The notes: generated from the letters alone by a model not told the origin. Shown: positions 49,885-61,782, numbered from the stretch's first letter. The stretch: DNA of 64,000 nt from Candidatus Omnitrophota bacterium (GCA_903908245.1 CAIVRE010000029.1:14266-78265), one strand, 5' to 3'. Made by a program: numbers and translations.

Positions 49885-51152
49885 TTTAAGAACTCCGGGA
49901 TGCTGGCACCCTTGATCAAGTCTTTAAAGTCCTCACGCTCCTGGACCACTGCCCACTTATTGCCTTTGACCATTACTTCAGCCGAACGGGGACGGACATT
50001 ATAATTGCTGGACATCACATACCCGTAAGCACCGGCCGAAAGAAGGGCCAGCAATTCACCGTCTTTTACATTGGCGACCTCTCTGTCATGGGCAAAAACA
50101 TCTCCGCTCTCACAAATGGGGCCTACCACATCACAAACAACATTTCTCCCTCCCGCCTTCTTGACAGGTATGATCTCATGGTAAGATCCGTACATTGATG
50201 GCCGGACAAGATCGTTCATTCCGGCATCAACAATAATAAATTTCTTCACGCCGTTATCTTTAAGATACAGCTTGCGTGTTATGAAGATCCCCGCGTTGCC
50301 AACAATGAAACGGCCTGGCTCCATCAAAACCTTGAATTTACGGCCCTTAAGCAACGGCAGCACTTTATCCGCGTACTCCTTGGCCGTCTGAGGCGTCTCG
50401 TTCTGGTAAATGATGCCCAGTCCACCGCCGATATCAAAATAGTCCACCTTGACCCCATCCATTTCCAGCTCGTCAATAAAAGCCAGGGCCTTCTCGATCG
50501 CCGCCAGGAACGGTTCAGCGTGCGTGATCTGCGAACCGATATGGATATGAACACCATTGATCAATAAGTTCTTATACGCCTTCTGTCCAATAAAGATCGC
50601 GCGGGCCGTCTTCAGATCGATCCCGAACTTCTTTTTCAGGCTTCCGGTATTGATCTTCTCATGCGTCGGAGAGTCAATGTCCGGATTGATCCGCAGCGCG
50701 ACCTGGACCCTTTTCTTCATCTTACGGGCAATGCGGTCGATATTCTCCAGTTCAGGCTTTGACTCAACATTAAAGAACAGGATGCCGGCCTTGACCGCGT
50801 CGACGATCTCCTCATCAGTCTTCCCCACAGAGGCAAAAGCGATCTTCTTCATGTCCGCTTTGACCAGCCTGGCCTTCTTCAACTCACCGCCGGAAACAAT
50901 ATCGAACCCCGCACCTTCATTCACCAGCGCTTTAAGGACGGCAAGATTGCTGTTCGCCTTCATCGCAAAACAAATGACCGGATCAATGGGCTTAAACGCC
51001 TCTTTGATCTTCCGGAAATGCTCAACGATCGTTTTATAACTATAAATATAAACCGGTGTCCCGATCTTTTTCACGATCGCGCTAACCTTCACGCCTTCGC
51101 AATAAAGCTCGCCATTCTTATATTGAAAATCATGGATCGGATGCGGATGCAT
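49881..51152 (-). CDS. lysA: Diaminopimelate decarboxylase
   Basis: PLP-Lys 'FAMKANSNLAVLK', 'GGGLGI', 'ESGD'. 423 aa. Confidence 0.9.
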   Translation of the reverse strand: MHPHPIHDFQYKNGELYCEGVKVSAIVKKIGTPVYIYSYKTIVEHFRKIKEAFKPIDPVICFAMKANSNLAVLKALVNEGAGFDIVSGGELKKARLVKADMKKIAFASVGKTDEEIVDAVKAGILFFNVESKPELENIDRIARKMKKRVQVALRINPDIDSPTHEKINTGSLKKKFGIDLKTARAIFIGQKAYKNLLINGVHIHIGSQITHAEPFLAAIEKALAFIDELEMDGVKVDYFDIGGGLGIIYQNETPQTAKEYADKVLPLLKGRKFKVLMEPGRFIVGNAGIFITRKLYLKDNGVKKFIIVDAGMNDLVRPSMYGSYHEIIPVKKAGGRNVVCDVVGPICESGDVFAHDREVANVKDGELLALLSAGAYGYVMSSNYNVRPRSAEVMVKGNKWAVVQEREDFKDLIKGASIPEFLK

Positions 51153-52543
51153 TATTTCAGTCTTTTCTTCCAGGCGTTGATCTGGGCGCGCACAAGGACA
51201 GGGTTCGTGGAGCCAAACGACTTCTTGCTCTTGATCGAAACTTCAGGGGTCAGAAGATATTTCACATCCACTTCAAGTAACGACGAATACCTCTTGAGCT
51301 GTTCTACCGGAAGATCCGCGATCTTCTTGCCGCGGTCGATGCACTCTTTGACCATTACACCAACGGTATCATGGGCATCGCGGTAAGTCATTCCCTTGCG
51401 CACCAGATAATCCAGGATATCTACTGTAAAGAAATACTCGGACTGCACGCGCGCCGCCACAACGTCCTTCTTAACAGTAATACCACCAAAGAGCTCGGCC
51501 ATCATGGCAAGCATGTCTTCAATGGTCTCAACACAATCGAAGAGCGCCGGCTTGTCCATCTGCATATCACGGTTATACGTGAGCGGCAGGCCCTTCATTA
51601 ATACCAAGAGCTCCATCAAACGGCCCGGAAACCTCGACGATGTTCCACGAACAAGCTCAAGGACATCAGGGTTCTTTTTATGCGGCATGATCGAAGATCC
51701 GGTACAAAAAGCGTCATCGATCGCAATAAAATTGAATTCACTGGTAACCCAAATGATCAGGTCTTCACAAATACGCGACAAATGCATCCCCGTGATCGCG
51801 ATCGCGGCAACGATCTCAATAAGAAAATCCCGGTCAGAAACCGCATCCATGCTGTTCGCTGCCGTCTTGGCAAAGCCAAGTTTTTTGGTCACGATCTCCC
51901 TGTCCGTCAAAAGCGTCGTCCCGGCCAACGCGCAGGCACCTAGTGTATTCACGCTGGTGCGCCTGGCAGCATCCTCAAAACGGCCCTTGTCACGTTCAAG
52001 CATCTCAACATACGCCAGCATCTGGTGCGCCAAAAGCACGACCTGTGCTGACTGCAAATGCGTATACGCCGGGATAATGATATCGTCATTCTTGTCCGCA
52101 AATTTAACGATCGATATCTGCAGGACATCGAGCAGCGCCTGGATATTCTCCAGGTGATTGAGGCAATACAAACGGACATCCGTCACAACCTGATCATTAC
52201 GTGACCGTGCAGTATGAAGGCAGTCTGCGGGCTTGCCGATCGACTTCTTCAATTTGATCTGAATATCCGTATGAATATCTTCAGACGACGGGTCATATTT
52301 AAAAGTGCCCGCTTCGATCTCATCGACAAGCTTGTTCAACCCCTTAACGATCGCGGATGCGTCCTTCTTGTGGATAATACCCCGCTCCCCCAACATTTCC
52401 GCATGAGCGATCCCCGCGATACAATCGTAAAGCGCAAGCTTAGAATCATATGAAATACTGTAGGTGAACTTTTCCGACAGTTTGCTCAAAGTTCCGGTAA
52501 ACCGCGAACCCCAGAGTTTGGTCGACATAAATTCCCCTTTCAA
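51152..52543 (-). CDS. argH: Argininosuccinate lyase
   Basis: 'LWGSRF' N-terminus, fumarate-lyase signature 'GSSIMPHKKNPD'. 463 aa. Confidence 0.92.
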   Translation of the reverse strand: MKGEFMSTKLWGSRFTGTLSKLSEKFTYSISYDSKLALYDCIAGIAHAEMLGERGIIHKKDASAIVKGLNKLVDEIEAGTFKYDPSSEDIHTDIQIKLKKSIGKPADCLHTARSRNDQVVTDVRLYCLNHLENIQALLDVLQISIVKFADKNDDIIIPAYTHLQSAQVVLLAHQMLAYVEMLERDKGRFEDAARRTSVNTLGACALAGTTLLTDREIVTKKLGFAKTAANSMDAVSDRDFLIEIVAAIAITGMHLSRICEDLIIWVTSEFNFIAIDDAFCTGSSIMPHKKNPDVLELVRGTSSRFPGRLMELLVLMKGLPLTYNRDMQMDKPALFDCVETIEDMLAMMAELFGGITVKKDVVAARVQSEYFFTVDILDYLVRKGMTYRDAHDTVGVMVKECIDRGKKIADLPVEQLKRYSSLLEVDVKYLLTPEVSIKSKKSFGSTNPVLVRAQINAWKKRLK

Positions 52544-52555
52544 AGGAGCCAGCTC

Positions 52556-53731
52556 TTATTGATGACGCTGGAAAGGCACTGTCCACAACTTAATAAAACC
52601 GTCGGCGAGAGACTGATCGAACTTGTCCCCCTTGCCGTAGGTAGCCATCTTCTCGCTATAACGGGAATGCGGCGATTTGCGCCCGACAACCATTGCATGC
52701 CCCTTAAAAAGCTTGATCCGTACAACACCGGTAGTATTCTCATGATACTTGTTAAAGAATGCATCCATCTGGGCTTTAAGCGGCGTCATCCAGAGGCCGT
52801 TATAAGTCAGTTCAGCGTATTTCTGGGACAAGGCCTCCTTGAACCGCAGGCTGTCCCGGTCAAGGACCAGGCTCTCGATCTCGCGGATACCAAGGTGAAG
52901 GACCGTTCCGGCCGGATTCTCATAAAGCTCACGCGACTTGATGCCCACCAGGCGGTTCTCGATCATGTCCACGCGCCCGACACCATGGCTTCCCGCAATC
53001 GCATTCAATTTCAATACCAGCTGCAGCGGCTTCATCCTGACGCCATCAACAGAAACAGGAACGCCCTTTTCAAACCCGATCTCAAGATACCCGGGCTTGG
53101 CCGGAGCCTTTTCAGGTGCCGTGGTCATATAGAAAATATCTTCCGGCGGCTCAGCCATAGGATCCTCAAGCACTCCGCTTTCCATCGCACGCCCATAAAC
53201 ATTCGTATCAATGCTGTACGGCTTCTTTTTAGATGCTGAGACAGGGACCCCTTTGGACTTGGCATAATCGATCTCTTCATCGCGGGACTTGAATTCCCAT
53301 ACCCGGACCGGCGCCAGCACTTCCATATCCGGCTCCATGAGGCGATAAGTCACCTCAAAACGGACCTGGTCATTACCCTTACCGGTACAACCGTGCACAA
53401 GGCCATTGGCTTTTTCTTTACGCGCGATCAGGACCTGATGGTATGCGATCAATGGGCGCGACAGGGCGCAGGCGAGATTATATTTACCCTCGTACAACGC
53501 ACCGGCTTTCAACGCCAGGAAAGCGTAATCCTCGATAAGCTCTTTCTGGAGGTCCAGGCAATAAACCTTGCAAGCTCCGGACTTGATGGCCTTGGCCTTG
53601 ACCTCATCAAAGTTATCCCCCTGCCCGACATCACCGATGACCGCGATGATCTCATAGCCGCGATCCTTAAGCCACGGAATGATACACGATGTGTCGAGTC
53701 CACCCGAATACGCCAGAACAACTTTCTTCAT
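52556..53731 (-). CDS. argG: Argininosuccinate synthase
   Basis: PP-loop 'VLAYSGGLDTS'. 391 aa. Confidence 0.92.
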   Translation of the reverse strand: MKKVVLAYSGGLDTSCIIPWLKDRGYEIIAVIGDVGQGDNFDEVKAKAIKSGACKVYCLDLQKELIEDYAFLALKAGALYEGKYNLACALSRPLIAYHQVLIARKEKANGLVHGCTGKGNDQVRFEVTYRLMEPDMEVLAPVRVWEFKSRDEEIDYAKSKGVPVSASKKKPYSIDTNVYGRAMESGVLEDPMAEPPEDIFYMTTAPEKAPAKPGYLEIGFEKGVPVSVDGVRMKPLQLVLKLNAIAGSHGVGRVDMIENRLVGIKSRELYENPAGTVLHLGIREIESLVLDRDSLRFKEALSQKYAELTYNGLWMTPLKAQMDAFFNKYHENTTGVVRIKLFKGHAMVVGRKSPHSRYSEKMATYGKGDKFDQSLADGFIKLWTVPFQRHQ

Positions 53732-53746
53732 TGCCGATCCCCCGAA

Positions 53747-54676
<930 letters not shown>

Positions 54677-54709
54677 TTCACCCTTTTCGACCTTCCCTGT
54701 TCCTCGAAT

Positions 54710-55912
54710 TTAACCCTGATCTTGCGTCAGTTTCAGGATTGCTTTCTCCAGAATATTGAGCGCCTTGTCGATCTGTTTGCGGGTGATGTTAAGCGCAGGC
54801 ATGATCCGTAAAACTTTGGACTGCGTACAATTAATGATAAGCCCGTTATTAAAACATTCCTCAAAAATACCCCTGCCCTCGATCGTAAGTTCAACGCCGA
54901 CCATAAGCCCTAGCCCCCGTACTTCCCTGATAACCGGGGTCCTGGCCTTAAGCGCGTTAAGTTTATCCATAAGGTACGCACCGAGGACCCGCGCATTCTT
55001 GAGCATCTTATCTTTCGCTATGGCTTCAATAACACCCAAAGCGGCCTTGGTGACCAACGGACTTCCGCCGAAGGTTGTGCCGTGCATACCCGGCTGGAAC
55101 AGGTGCGCATGTTTGTCCGCCGCCAGCATCGCACCGATCGGCAAGCCGCCGCCAAGGCCTTTGGCCATGGTGATCATATCCGGTTCAATATCGTAATGCT
55201 GATACGCGAACATCCGGCCGGTCCTTCCAAACCCCGTTTGGACTTCATCAAGGATCAGCAAAAGGCCATTGGCATCGCATAATCCGCGCACCGCTTTCAT
55301 ATATTCCGGCTCTGCCACATTAATTCCACCCTCACCCTGGATCGGTTCGATCATCACCGCAACGGTCCGCTCGTTGATCGCCAGCTTAATGGCCCCGATA
55401 TCATTAAAAGGAACGGTCACAAACCCCCCCGGGAGAGGCGCAAAACCTTTCTGATGCTTTTCCTGCCCCGTCGCAGCAAGAGCCCCCATCGTCCGGCCGT
55501 GAAAAGAATTCATCGTTGTGATGATCTCGTAACGCTCGCCTTTCCCGAACAGGCGTGAGAACTTGATCGCCGCTTCATTGGCTTCCGCCCCGCTGTTACA
55601 AAAAAACACTTTGCCGGGGAATGCCGCGCGCACCAGCTCCCGCGCGAGCCGGGCCTGATTAATACCAAAAAAATTATTCGAAATATGGATCAGCTTGGAT
55701 ACCTGGTCGCGGACGGCCGCCATGACCTTGGGATGACAATGGCCGACGTTCGACACTCCCCAACCCGGAAAAAGATCAAGATACTTCTTCCCGTCGATAT
55801 CGGTGAGCACACTTCCCTTTCCCTTGACGAAAATAGCCGGAAGGCGGGAATATGTCGGGAAGATGAACTGGTCGTAACTTTCAAAAACTTCTTTTTTTGT
55901 CATAAAGATCAC
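54710..55912 (-). CDS. argD: Acetylornithine aminotransferase
   Basis: Class III aminotransferase, 'LILDEVQTGFGRTG', PLP-Lys 'MITMAKGLGGG'. 400 aa. Confidence 0.88.
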   Translation of the reverse strand: MIFMTKKEVFESYDQFIFPTYSRLPAIFVKGKGSVLTDIDGKKYLDLFPGWGVSNVGHCHPKVMAAVRDQVSKLIHISNNFFGINQARLARELVRAAFPGKVFFCNSGAEANEAAIKFSRLFGKGERYEIITTMNSFHGRTMGALAATGQEKHQKGFAPLPGGFVTVPFNDIGAIKLAINERTVAVMIEPIQGEGGINVAEPEYMKAVRGLCDANGLLLILDEVQTGFGRTGRMFAYQHYDIEPDMITMAKGLGGGLPIGAMLAADKHAHLFQPGMHGTTFGGSPLVTKAALGVIEAIAKDKMLKNARVLGAYLMDKLNALKARTPVIREVRGLGLMVGVELTIEGRGIFEECFNNGLIINCTQSKVLRIMPALNITRKQIDKALNILEKAILKLTQDQG

Positions 55913-56772
55913 CCGTGAACGATCTCGGTGCCGACGCCGGTATCAGTAAAGATCTCACGCAAAAGGGCGCGGTCCTGCCGCGCATCGACAATGTGCGCCT
56001 TGGGTATACCGCCCGCCAGGGCCTCGATACAAGCGTCGACCTTTGGGATCATTCCGCCTGAGATAATACCCTGCTTCTTAAGGTCATCCACTTCGGCGAC
56101 GGTCAATGTGGAATACAGCGACGACGGATCCTTTGCGTCCCGCATAACCCCTGGCACATCCGTCAGCAGGACGAACTTCTCCGCGCGCATCGATGAAGCA
56201 ATAGCGCTGGCCACCTCATCTGCGTTAACATTATGCGGCTGGTGATCAATACCGATCCCCAGCGGCGCCACCACCGTTATACGGCCCTGACGGACATGGC
56301 GCGCCAGGAGCTTGAATTCAATGTTCGTGATCGTCCCGACATACCCCAGGTCCAGGTCCGCGCGCTTCTTCTCGACGTGCACAATATTCTCATGACCGCT
56401 CAACCCGGTCACATCCCCCCCCAGCGCTTTGATCTCGGCGACAAGCTGCCCGTTGATCTCATCGAGTTCCTTGATGACCACCTGCAGGGTCTTTTCATCA
56501 GTAACGCGAATGCCGTTATGAAAATGCGGCTCGATCCCCATTTCTTTAAGGCGGTTGGAGATATTCGGGCCTCCGCCGTGGACAAGGATGATCCGGATCC
56601 CGACAAAACTCAGGAAGATAATATCTTCAAGGACACGCTTGCGGATAACATCATCGTGCAGGATGCTCCCGCCGTATTTGATGACAAAGACCTTGCGCCG
56701 GTACTGGTCGATGTAAGGGATCGCCTCAACAAGAACACTGGCTTTTCTAATTATATTTTCCATTGATATCAA
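55909..56772 (-). CDS. argB: Acetylglutamate kinase
   Basis: 'VIKYGGSIL', 'LVHGGGP'. 287 aa. Confidence 0.9.
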   Translation of the reverse strand: MISMENIIRKASVLVEAIPYIDQYRRKVFVIKYGGSILHDDVIRKRVLEDIIFLSFVGIRIILVHGGGPNISNRLKEMGIEPHFHNGIRVTDEKTLQVVIKELDEINGQLVAEIKALGGDVTGLSGHENIVHVEKKRADLDLGYVGTITNIEFKLLARHVRQGRITVVAPLGIGIDHQPHNVNADEVASAIASSMRAEKFVLLTDVPGVMRDAKDPSSLYSTLTVAEVDDLKKQGIISGGMIPKVDACIEALAGGIPKAHIVDARQDRALLREIFTDTGVGTEIVHG

Positions 56773-57883
56773 TATACTTTCGGGTTAAGTCGCAGGTATA
56801 AACCGTTGCTGATTCCGCTCCAAGGCCGATATCGGCATTAATAAAAATATGGTTCCTCTTGACCGAAAATGTGATCTTGATCGTTGTCTCTGTTGCTTTC
56901 GTCCCACATGCCCCGATAGCCGCCGCCACACGTCCCCAGTTCGGATTATCGGTATAATCTGCCGTCTTGACCAGATTGGAGTTGGCGACCTTCATCGCCA
57001 CTTCCTTGGCCTGCTTCTTTGACTGTGCCCCTGTGATCCTGATCTCAAAAAAACGTTCCGCGCCTTCGCCATCAGAGACAATATCTTTGGCCAGTTTGAC
57101 ACACACAGCGGTCAACGCTTCAACAAAAACCCTATACTGCTGTGTCTTGGCCGTGATCGTCCTGTTCCCGGAAAGGCCATTGGCCATAATAGAAAGCATG
57201 TCATTGGTGCTCATGCACCCGTCGACAGTGATCGAATTGAACGATACATCGACCGCCTCCCGCAACGCGTCCTTGAGCATGGCCGAAGAAACCGCGGCAT
57301 CTGTCGTCACACAGGCCAGCATAGTCGCCATATTGGGCTCGATCATACCGGACCCTTTTGCGCAGCCGCCGACAGTCACCAACTTTCCATCGATCTCGAT
57401 ACGCACCGCAACCTGTTTATCCTTCAGGTCTGTCGTCATGATGGCCTTGGCAAAACTCGCGCCCTTGGCATGGCCCAGCCCCCGGGCCAGCTTCGGCACA
57501 GCTTCCTTGAATTTCTCATAAGGGAACGGCCTTCCGATAATACCCGTCGACATGACCAGGACATCCGACGCCTTGATCCCAAGCTCTTCCGCCACCAGCT
57601 CGGTCATTTTCCGGGCATAGGTCAGGCCATACTCACCGGTAAAACAATTGGCATTCCCGCTGTTGGCAATAAGCGCCTGAACTCTCCCGTCCCGGATATT
57701 GTCCTGGCAGACGATGATCGGAGCAGCCTTGACCGAATTACGGGTAAATACCGCCGCCGCGCTGCAGATCTCCTGGGAATAAATAAGCCCGAGGTCAGGT
57801 TTGCCGGACTTCTTGACACCAGCCCAGAAACCATTCGCCTTAAAACCCTTTGGAGACGTGACCCCCCCCTTGATCAATTTCAT
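56747..57883 (-). CDS. argJ: Bifunctional ornithine acetyltransferase / N-acetylglutamate synthase
   Basis: Self-cleavage site context 'ATMLACVTTDA'. 378 aa. Confidence 0.9.
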   Translation of the reverse strand: MKLIKGGVTSPKGFKANGFWAGVKKSGKPDLGLIYSQEICSAAAVFTRNSVKAAPIIVCQDNIRDGRVQALIANSGNANCFTGEYGLTYARKMTELVAEELGIKASDVLVMSTGIIGRPFPYEKFKEAVPKLARGLGHAKGASFAKAIMTTDLKDKQVAVRIEIDGKLVTVGGCAKGSGMIEPNMATMLACVTTDAAVSSAMLKDALREAVDVSFNSITVDGCMSTNDMLSIMANGLSGNRTITAKTQQYRVFVEALTAVCVKLAKDIVSDGEGAERFFEIRITGAQSKKQAKEVAMKVANSNLVKTADYTDNPNWGRVAAAIGACGTKATETTIKITFSVKRNHIFINADIGLGAESATVYTCDLTRKYIDINGKYN

Positions 57884-58899
57884 AGCAATCCTTCCCTCTC
57901 GTCAAAACCGTACATGATATTCATATTTTGCACTGCCTGTCCTGCGGCCCCTTTAACAAGATTATCAATGACAGACGTGATGACCACCAATTTACGGTCT
58001 TCGCTCAAAACCAGTGCGATATCACAAAAATTGGTGTTCACCACATTCTTGATCTCTACCTGAACACCTTTAGGCATCACCCGGACGAACGGCTCGGTCT
58101 TGTAGAATTTCCGGTAAAGATCATCAAGCTTTGCGTCCGAGATCTTATCCTTTAATGTGACATAGATGGTTTCAAGTATCCCGTTGTTGATCGGCAGCAA
58201 ATGCGGCACAAAGACCGCCGGTATGTCCCTGCCCGCGATCTTACCCAGATACTGGCAGATCTCCGGCGTATGCTGATGGTTGAGCACCCTGTAGGCCTTG
58301 AAATTCTCATTCACAAAACAGAACATGAACCCTTCCGCGACCTTACGGCCGGCCCCGGAGACGCCGGATTTTGCATCAATAATAACAGAAGTCACGCTAC
58401 TGCCATGAACAGAAGCCAGCGGAGCCATGCCAAGCAGCGCCGCTGTCGGATAGCAGCCGGGATTCGCGATAAGTTTGGCCTTGCGGATCCTGGCCCGGAA
58501 GACCTCGGGCAGACCGTAAACAGCCCTGGACAAATTCCCGCGGTCCGTATGATCGGCGTTATACCACTTCTTATATAAAGCGGTTTTCTTCAACCGGTAA
58601 TCCGCACTCAGGTCAATGACCTTTTTTCCCGCCTTAAGTAACGGGCCAACAACCTTCATGGACTCCATATGAGGCAGGGCAAGGAAAATAACATCGCAAT
58701 GAGCGACCGCTTGCGCAGCGTCGTACTTGGCACACACCAGCTCCGTGCGTCCGCGGAACGCCGGCCAGATATCGTCCACTCTTCCCGTCGTGGAATTCGC
58801 CGCGACATACGTGACCCGGACATCCTTATGATTAAGAAGGAGATCCAAAAGGACTTTTCCACCGAAACCACTGATGCCAACAATACCGGCTCTGATCAT
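57880..58899 (-). CDS. argC: N-acetyl-gamma-glutamyl-phosphate reductase
   Basis: 'AGIVGISGFGG' NADP-binding, catalytic Cys 'ANPGCYPTA'. 339 aa. Confidence 0.9.
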   Translation of the reverse strand: MIRAGIVGISGFGGKVLLDLLLNHKDVRVTYVAANSTTGRVDDIWPAFRGRTELVCAKYDAAQAVAHCDVIFLALPHMESMKVVGPLLKAGKKVIDLSADYRLKKTALYKKWYNADHTDRGNLSRAVYGLPEVFRARIRKAKLIANPGCYPTAALLGMAPLASVHGSSVTSVIIDAKSGVSGAGRKVAEGFMFCFVNENFKAYRVLNHQHTPEICQYLGKIAGRDIPAVFVPHLLPINNGILETIYVTLKDKISDAKLDDLYRKFYKTEPFVRVMPKGVQVEIKNVVNTNFCDIALVLSEDRKLVVITSVIDNLVKGAAGQAVQNMNIMYGFDEREGLL

Positions 58900-58967
58900 A
58901 TGACCCCTGAAATGTTTAACCCGTCGAAGAAAAACACCATTTATATATAAAATATAATTATATGAAT

Positions 58968-59018
58968 ATAAACAAGAAAGCCTGCCCCGTCAATAAAACT
59001 TTTATTGAAAGGCAGGCT
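58968..59018 (-). terminator. Rho-independent terminator downstream of rpsI
   Basis: Perfect 8-bp stem AGCCTGCC/GGCAGGCT (+ 58979-58986 / 59011-59018). On the minus strand it is followed by 'UUCUUGUUUAU'. Separates rplM-rpsI from the arg operon. Confidence 0.55.
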
Positions 59019-59056
59019 CCTTGATGAAAACGAACCGCTATATTTCCGTCTAAAAA

Positions 59057-59452
59057 TTAACGCTTAACCCACTGGAATTTGCGGCGAGCCCCCTTTTGTC
59101 CGGGCTTCTTTCGCTCTTTCATGCGGGAGTCGCGGGTGAGACAGGCATTCTTGCGCAAAACAGGCTTGTTGTTCTGATCGAACAGGACCAAAGAACGGGA
59201 CAAAGCCATTTTGATCGCGCCGGCCTGGCCGGTAAGTCCGCCGCCATTGACGATAACATCAATATCGAATTTGTTAAGCAAGTTCACGAACTTGAGCGGA
59301 GAAAGGACAAGGATGCGATCCGTTTCGCGAGGAAAATAATCCTCAAAACCCCGTCCGTTAATGATCATCTTGCCATTACCAGGCGTGATGGTTGCCCTGG
59401 CGATCGATGTTTTTCTGCGTCCTGTCGCGAGATACTTGACTACTTCAACCAT
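59057..59452 (-). CDS. rpsI: 30S ribosomal protein S9
   Basis: C-terminal 'RKKPGQKGARRKFQWVKR'. 131 aa. Confidence 0.95.
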   Translation of the reverse strand: MVEVVKYLATGRRKTSIARATITPGNGKMIINGRGFEDYFPRETDRILVLSPLKFVNLLNKFDIDVIVNGGGLTGQAGAIKMALSRSLVLFDQNNKPVLRKNACLTRDSRMKERKKPGQKGARRKFQWVKR

Positions 59453-59483
59453 TGTATTATCCTTTTAAATAATTCTTTATAAA

Positions 59484-59921
59484 TTAAATATCGAGAACTA
59501 CAGGCTTCTGCGCCGCGTGCGGATGCACGGTCCCGGCATAAACATACAATTTATGCTTGAGGCGTGCGCCAAGCTTTCCGTGCGGGATCATGCGCTGTAT
59601 CGCCAACTCAAGGATCTTTTCCGGACGCCGGGCCAACATATCCGAATAACGGATGCTCTTTAATCCCGAATGAAATCCGCTGTAACGGTCATAGAACTTG
59701 TCCGTCATCTTCTTGCCGGTCACGCGGATCTTCTCGGCATTAATGATAATAACATTATCCCCGGTATCCATATGAGGCGTAAATGTCGGTTTGGCCTTAC
59801 CGCGGAGAATCCCCGCGACCTTGGCGGCTAAGCGGCCAAGGACCTTCCCTTCGGCATCGACAATGTAAAATTTCTTAACGATCTGGTCTTTTTTCGGTAA
59901 CGTTGTTTTCTGAACTGCCAT
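59484..59921 (-). CDS. rplM: 50S ribosomal protein L13
   Basis: 'KKFYIVDAEGKVLGRLA'. 145 aa. Confidence 0.95.
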   Translation of the reverse strand: MAVQKTTLPKKDQIVKKFYIVDAEGKVLGRLAAKVAGILRGKAKPTFTPHMDTGDNVIIINAEKIRVTGKKMTDKFYDRYSGFHSGLKSIRYSDMLARRPEKILELAIQRMIPHGKLGARLKHKLYVYAGTVHPHAAQKPVVLDI

Positions 59922-60004
59922 AGCTCTCTCTCTTGAAAGGATTCTCTTAAATAATGAGTGTAAAGTATAACACCCGCTCTTCGATTGTCAATCAGTATTT
60001 AGCA

Positions 60005-60745
60005 TCAATATTTGACTTCTTCCAAACAAAGCCCCTGGGGAACGGCCGCAACGCCCGCCGCGCGACGGTCCTTGGCACCCAGCATCTTGATCGCACTTCC
60101 AGGCGGAAAACGGCCGGACCCGATCTCCAGCAAAGTTCCGACAATATTCCGAACCATTTTGTACAAAAAACCGTCAGATTCGATCAAAAATACTACCATA
60201 TCCCCGCGCTTTTTGACCTCAAGCCGATAGATGGTGCGGATAGCGTCACCCTTCCTTGACGGATCAACATTGGCAAAACTGCTAAAATCCCTGCACCCAA
60301 TGAACGCTGCGGCCTCAGTTTTCATTAGACGGATATTCAACTTGCGCGGAAAGAAACAACAATGCCTGCGTAAAAGAGCGGACGAATAGGAACGGTTCAG
60401 GACGGTATAAGTATAGATCTTCCGTTTGGCGCTTAACTGGGCATGGAACCTGGCATCAGCTTCTTCCACAGACAGGACCGTAACATCCGTCGGAAGGTTA
60501 TAATTGAACGCCCGCTGGATCTCATCACAGGGCATGTCGGTGACCGCTCGAAAATGCGCCACCTGCCCCCGGGCATGGACCCCGCTGTCGGTGCGCCCCG
60601 AACCGATCACCGGGACCCGCTTCCTGAAGATCTTAAAAAGAACAGCTTCCAGCTCACCCTGAACGGTACGCCTGGCATTGGATTGCAGCTGCCAGCCGTT
60701 GAAATCTGTCCCGTCGTATTCAAGGGTCAGCTTAAACGTTTTCAC
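60005..60745 (-). CDS. truA: tRNA pseudouridine(38-40) synthase
   Basis: Catalytic Asp context 'GSGRTDSGVHARGQVAHF'. 246 aa. truA-rplM-rpsI order. Confidence 0.9.
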   Translation of the reverse strand: MKTFKLTLEYDGTDFNGWQLQSNARRTVQGELEAVLFKIFRKRVPVIGSGRTDSGVHARGQVAHFRAVTDMPCDEIQRAFNYNLPTDVTVLSVEEADARFHAQLSAKRKIYTYTVLNRSYSSALLRRHCCFFPRKLNIRLMKTEAAAFIGCRDFSSFANVDPSRKGDAIRTIYRLEVKKRGDMVVFLIESDGFLYKMVRNIVGTLLEIGSGRFPPGSAIKMLGAKDRRAAGVAAVPQGLCLEEVKY

Positions 60746-60748
60746 AGA

Positions 60749-61732
60749 TCAGATCATCTGGTATTCGACAAGTTTCTCCGCGATCTGGACAGCGTTAAGC
60801 GCCGCGCCCTTGCGGAGGTTATCAGAAACGACCCACAAGTTCAGTCCATTCGCAATAGACTCATCCTCGCGGATGCGGCCGACGAACGTTTCGTCCTTGC
60901 CGTCAGCAAGGATCGGCATCGGATAGATCTTATTCAACGGGTCATCAACAACCTTGACACCAGGCGCCTTTGACAGGAGCTCGATCGCTTTCGCGCGGGT
61001 CAATTTCTTTTCGGTTTCGATGTTTACGGACTCGGAATGTGAATTAAACACCGGGACCCTGATGCAGGTCGCAGTCACTTTAATGCCGTCATCATGCATG
61101 ATCTTGCATGTTTCATGCACCATCTTCATCTCTTCCTTGGTATAGCAATTCTCCTGGAAGACGTCGATCTGGGGAATAAGGTTATGCAGGATCTGGTACG
61201 CCAGCTTCTTGACGGTCATATCACCCTTGACCTGATGCTTCATCTCGTCGATCGCTTCAGAACCCGCGCCGGAAATAGCCTGGTATGTTGAAACCACCAC
61301 GCGCTTGATCTTCGCATAATCATGCAAAGGCTTAAGCGCAACCACCATCTGAATGGTCGAACAATTCGGATTCGCAATGATCCCCTTGTGCCACTTGACG
61401 TCCTCGGGATTTACCTCGGGAACGACGAGAGGGACATCCTTGTCCATCCGGAACTGACTGGTATTATCGATCACCACCGCGCCGGCTTTGGCCGCCACCG
61501 GCGACCAGATCTTGCTGATCTCGGCACCGGGAGAGCTCAGGACAATGTCAACGCCCTTGAAAACGTCCTCGTTAAGAGCAAGCAAAGGCAACCCGTTCAT
61601 CTCGCCCTTGGCCCCGCTGGGAGAGATCAGGCGCAATTCCTTCACAGGAAAATTCCGCTGTTTGACGATATCATACATGCATTGCCCGACAGCGGAACGC
61701 GCCCCTAAAATAGCAACAACATACTTCTTCAT
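60749..61732 (-). CDS. asd: Aspartate-semialdehyde dehydrogenase
   Basis: 'VAILGARSAVGQ' NADP-binding and catalytic Cys 'ANPNCSTI'. 327 aa. Confidence 0.9.
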   Translation of the reverse strand: MKKYVVAILGARSAVGQCMYDIVKQRNFPVKELRLISPSGAKGEMNGLPLLALNEDVFKGVDIVLSSPGAEISKIWSPVAAKAGAVVIDNTSQFRMDKDVPLVVPEVNPEDVKWHKGIIANPNCSTIQMVVALKPLHDYAKIKRVVVSTYQAISGAGSEAIDEMKHQVKGDMTVKKLAYQILHNLIPQIDVFQENCYTKEEMKMVHETCKIMHDDGIKVTATCIRVPVFNSHSESVNIETEKKLTRAKAIELLSKAPGVKVVDDPLNKIYPMPILADGKDETFVGRIREDESIANGLNLWVVSDNLRKGAALNAVQIAEKLVEYQMI

Positions 61733-61782
61733 ACCAACCTCAATTATGATGTCCCCCGTTCGATACCGCCGGGGACAAGGAT

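Noticed and set aside
58900-58968. Possible ARG box (ArgR operator) upstream of argC
   Set aside because: Only a single ATTCA half-site in an AT-rich stretch; no TGAAT-N8-ATTCA palindrome. Cannot be supported without a matrix scan.
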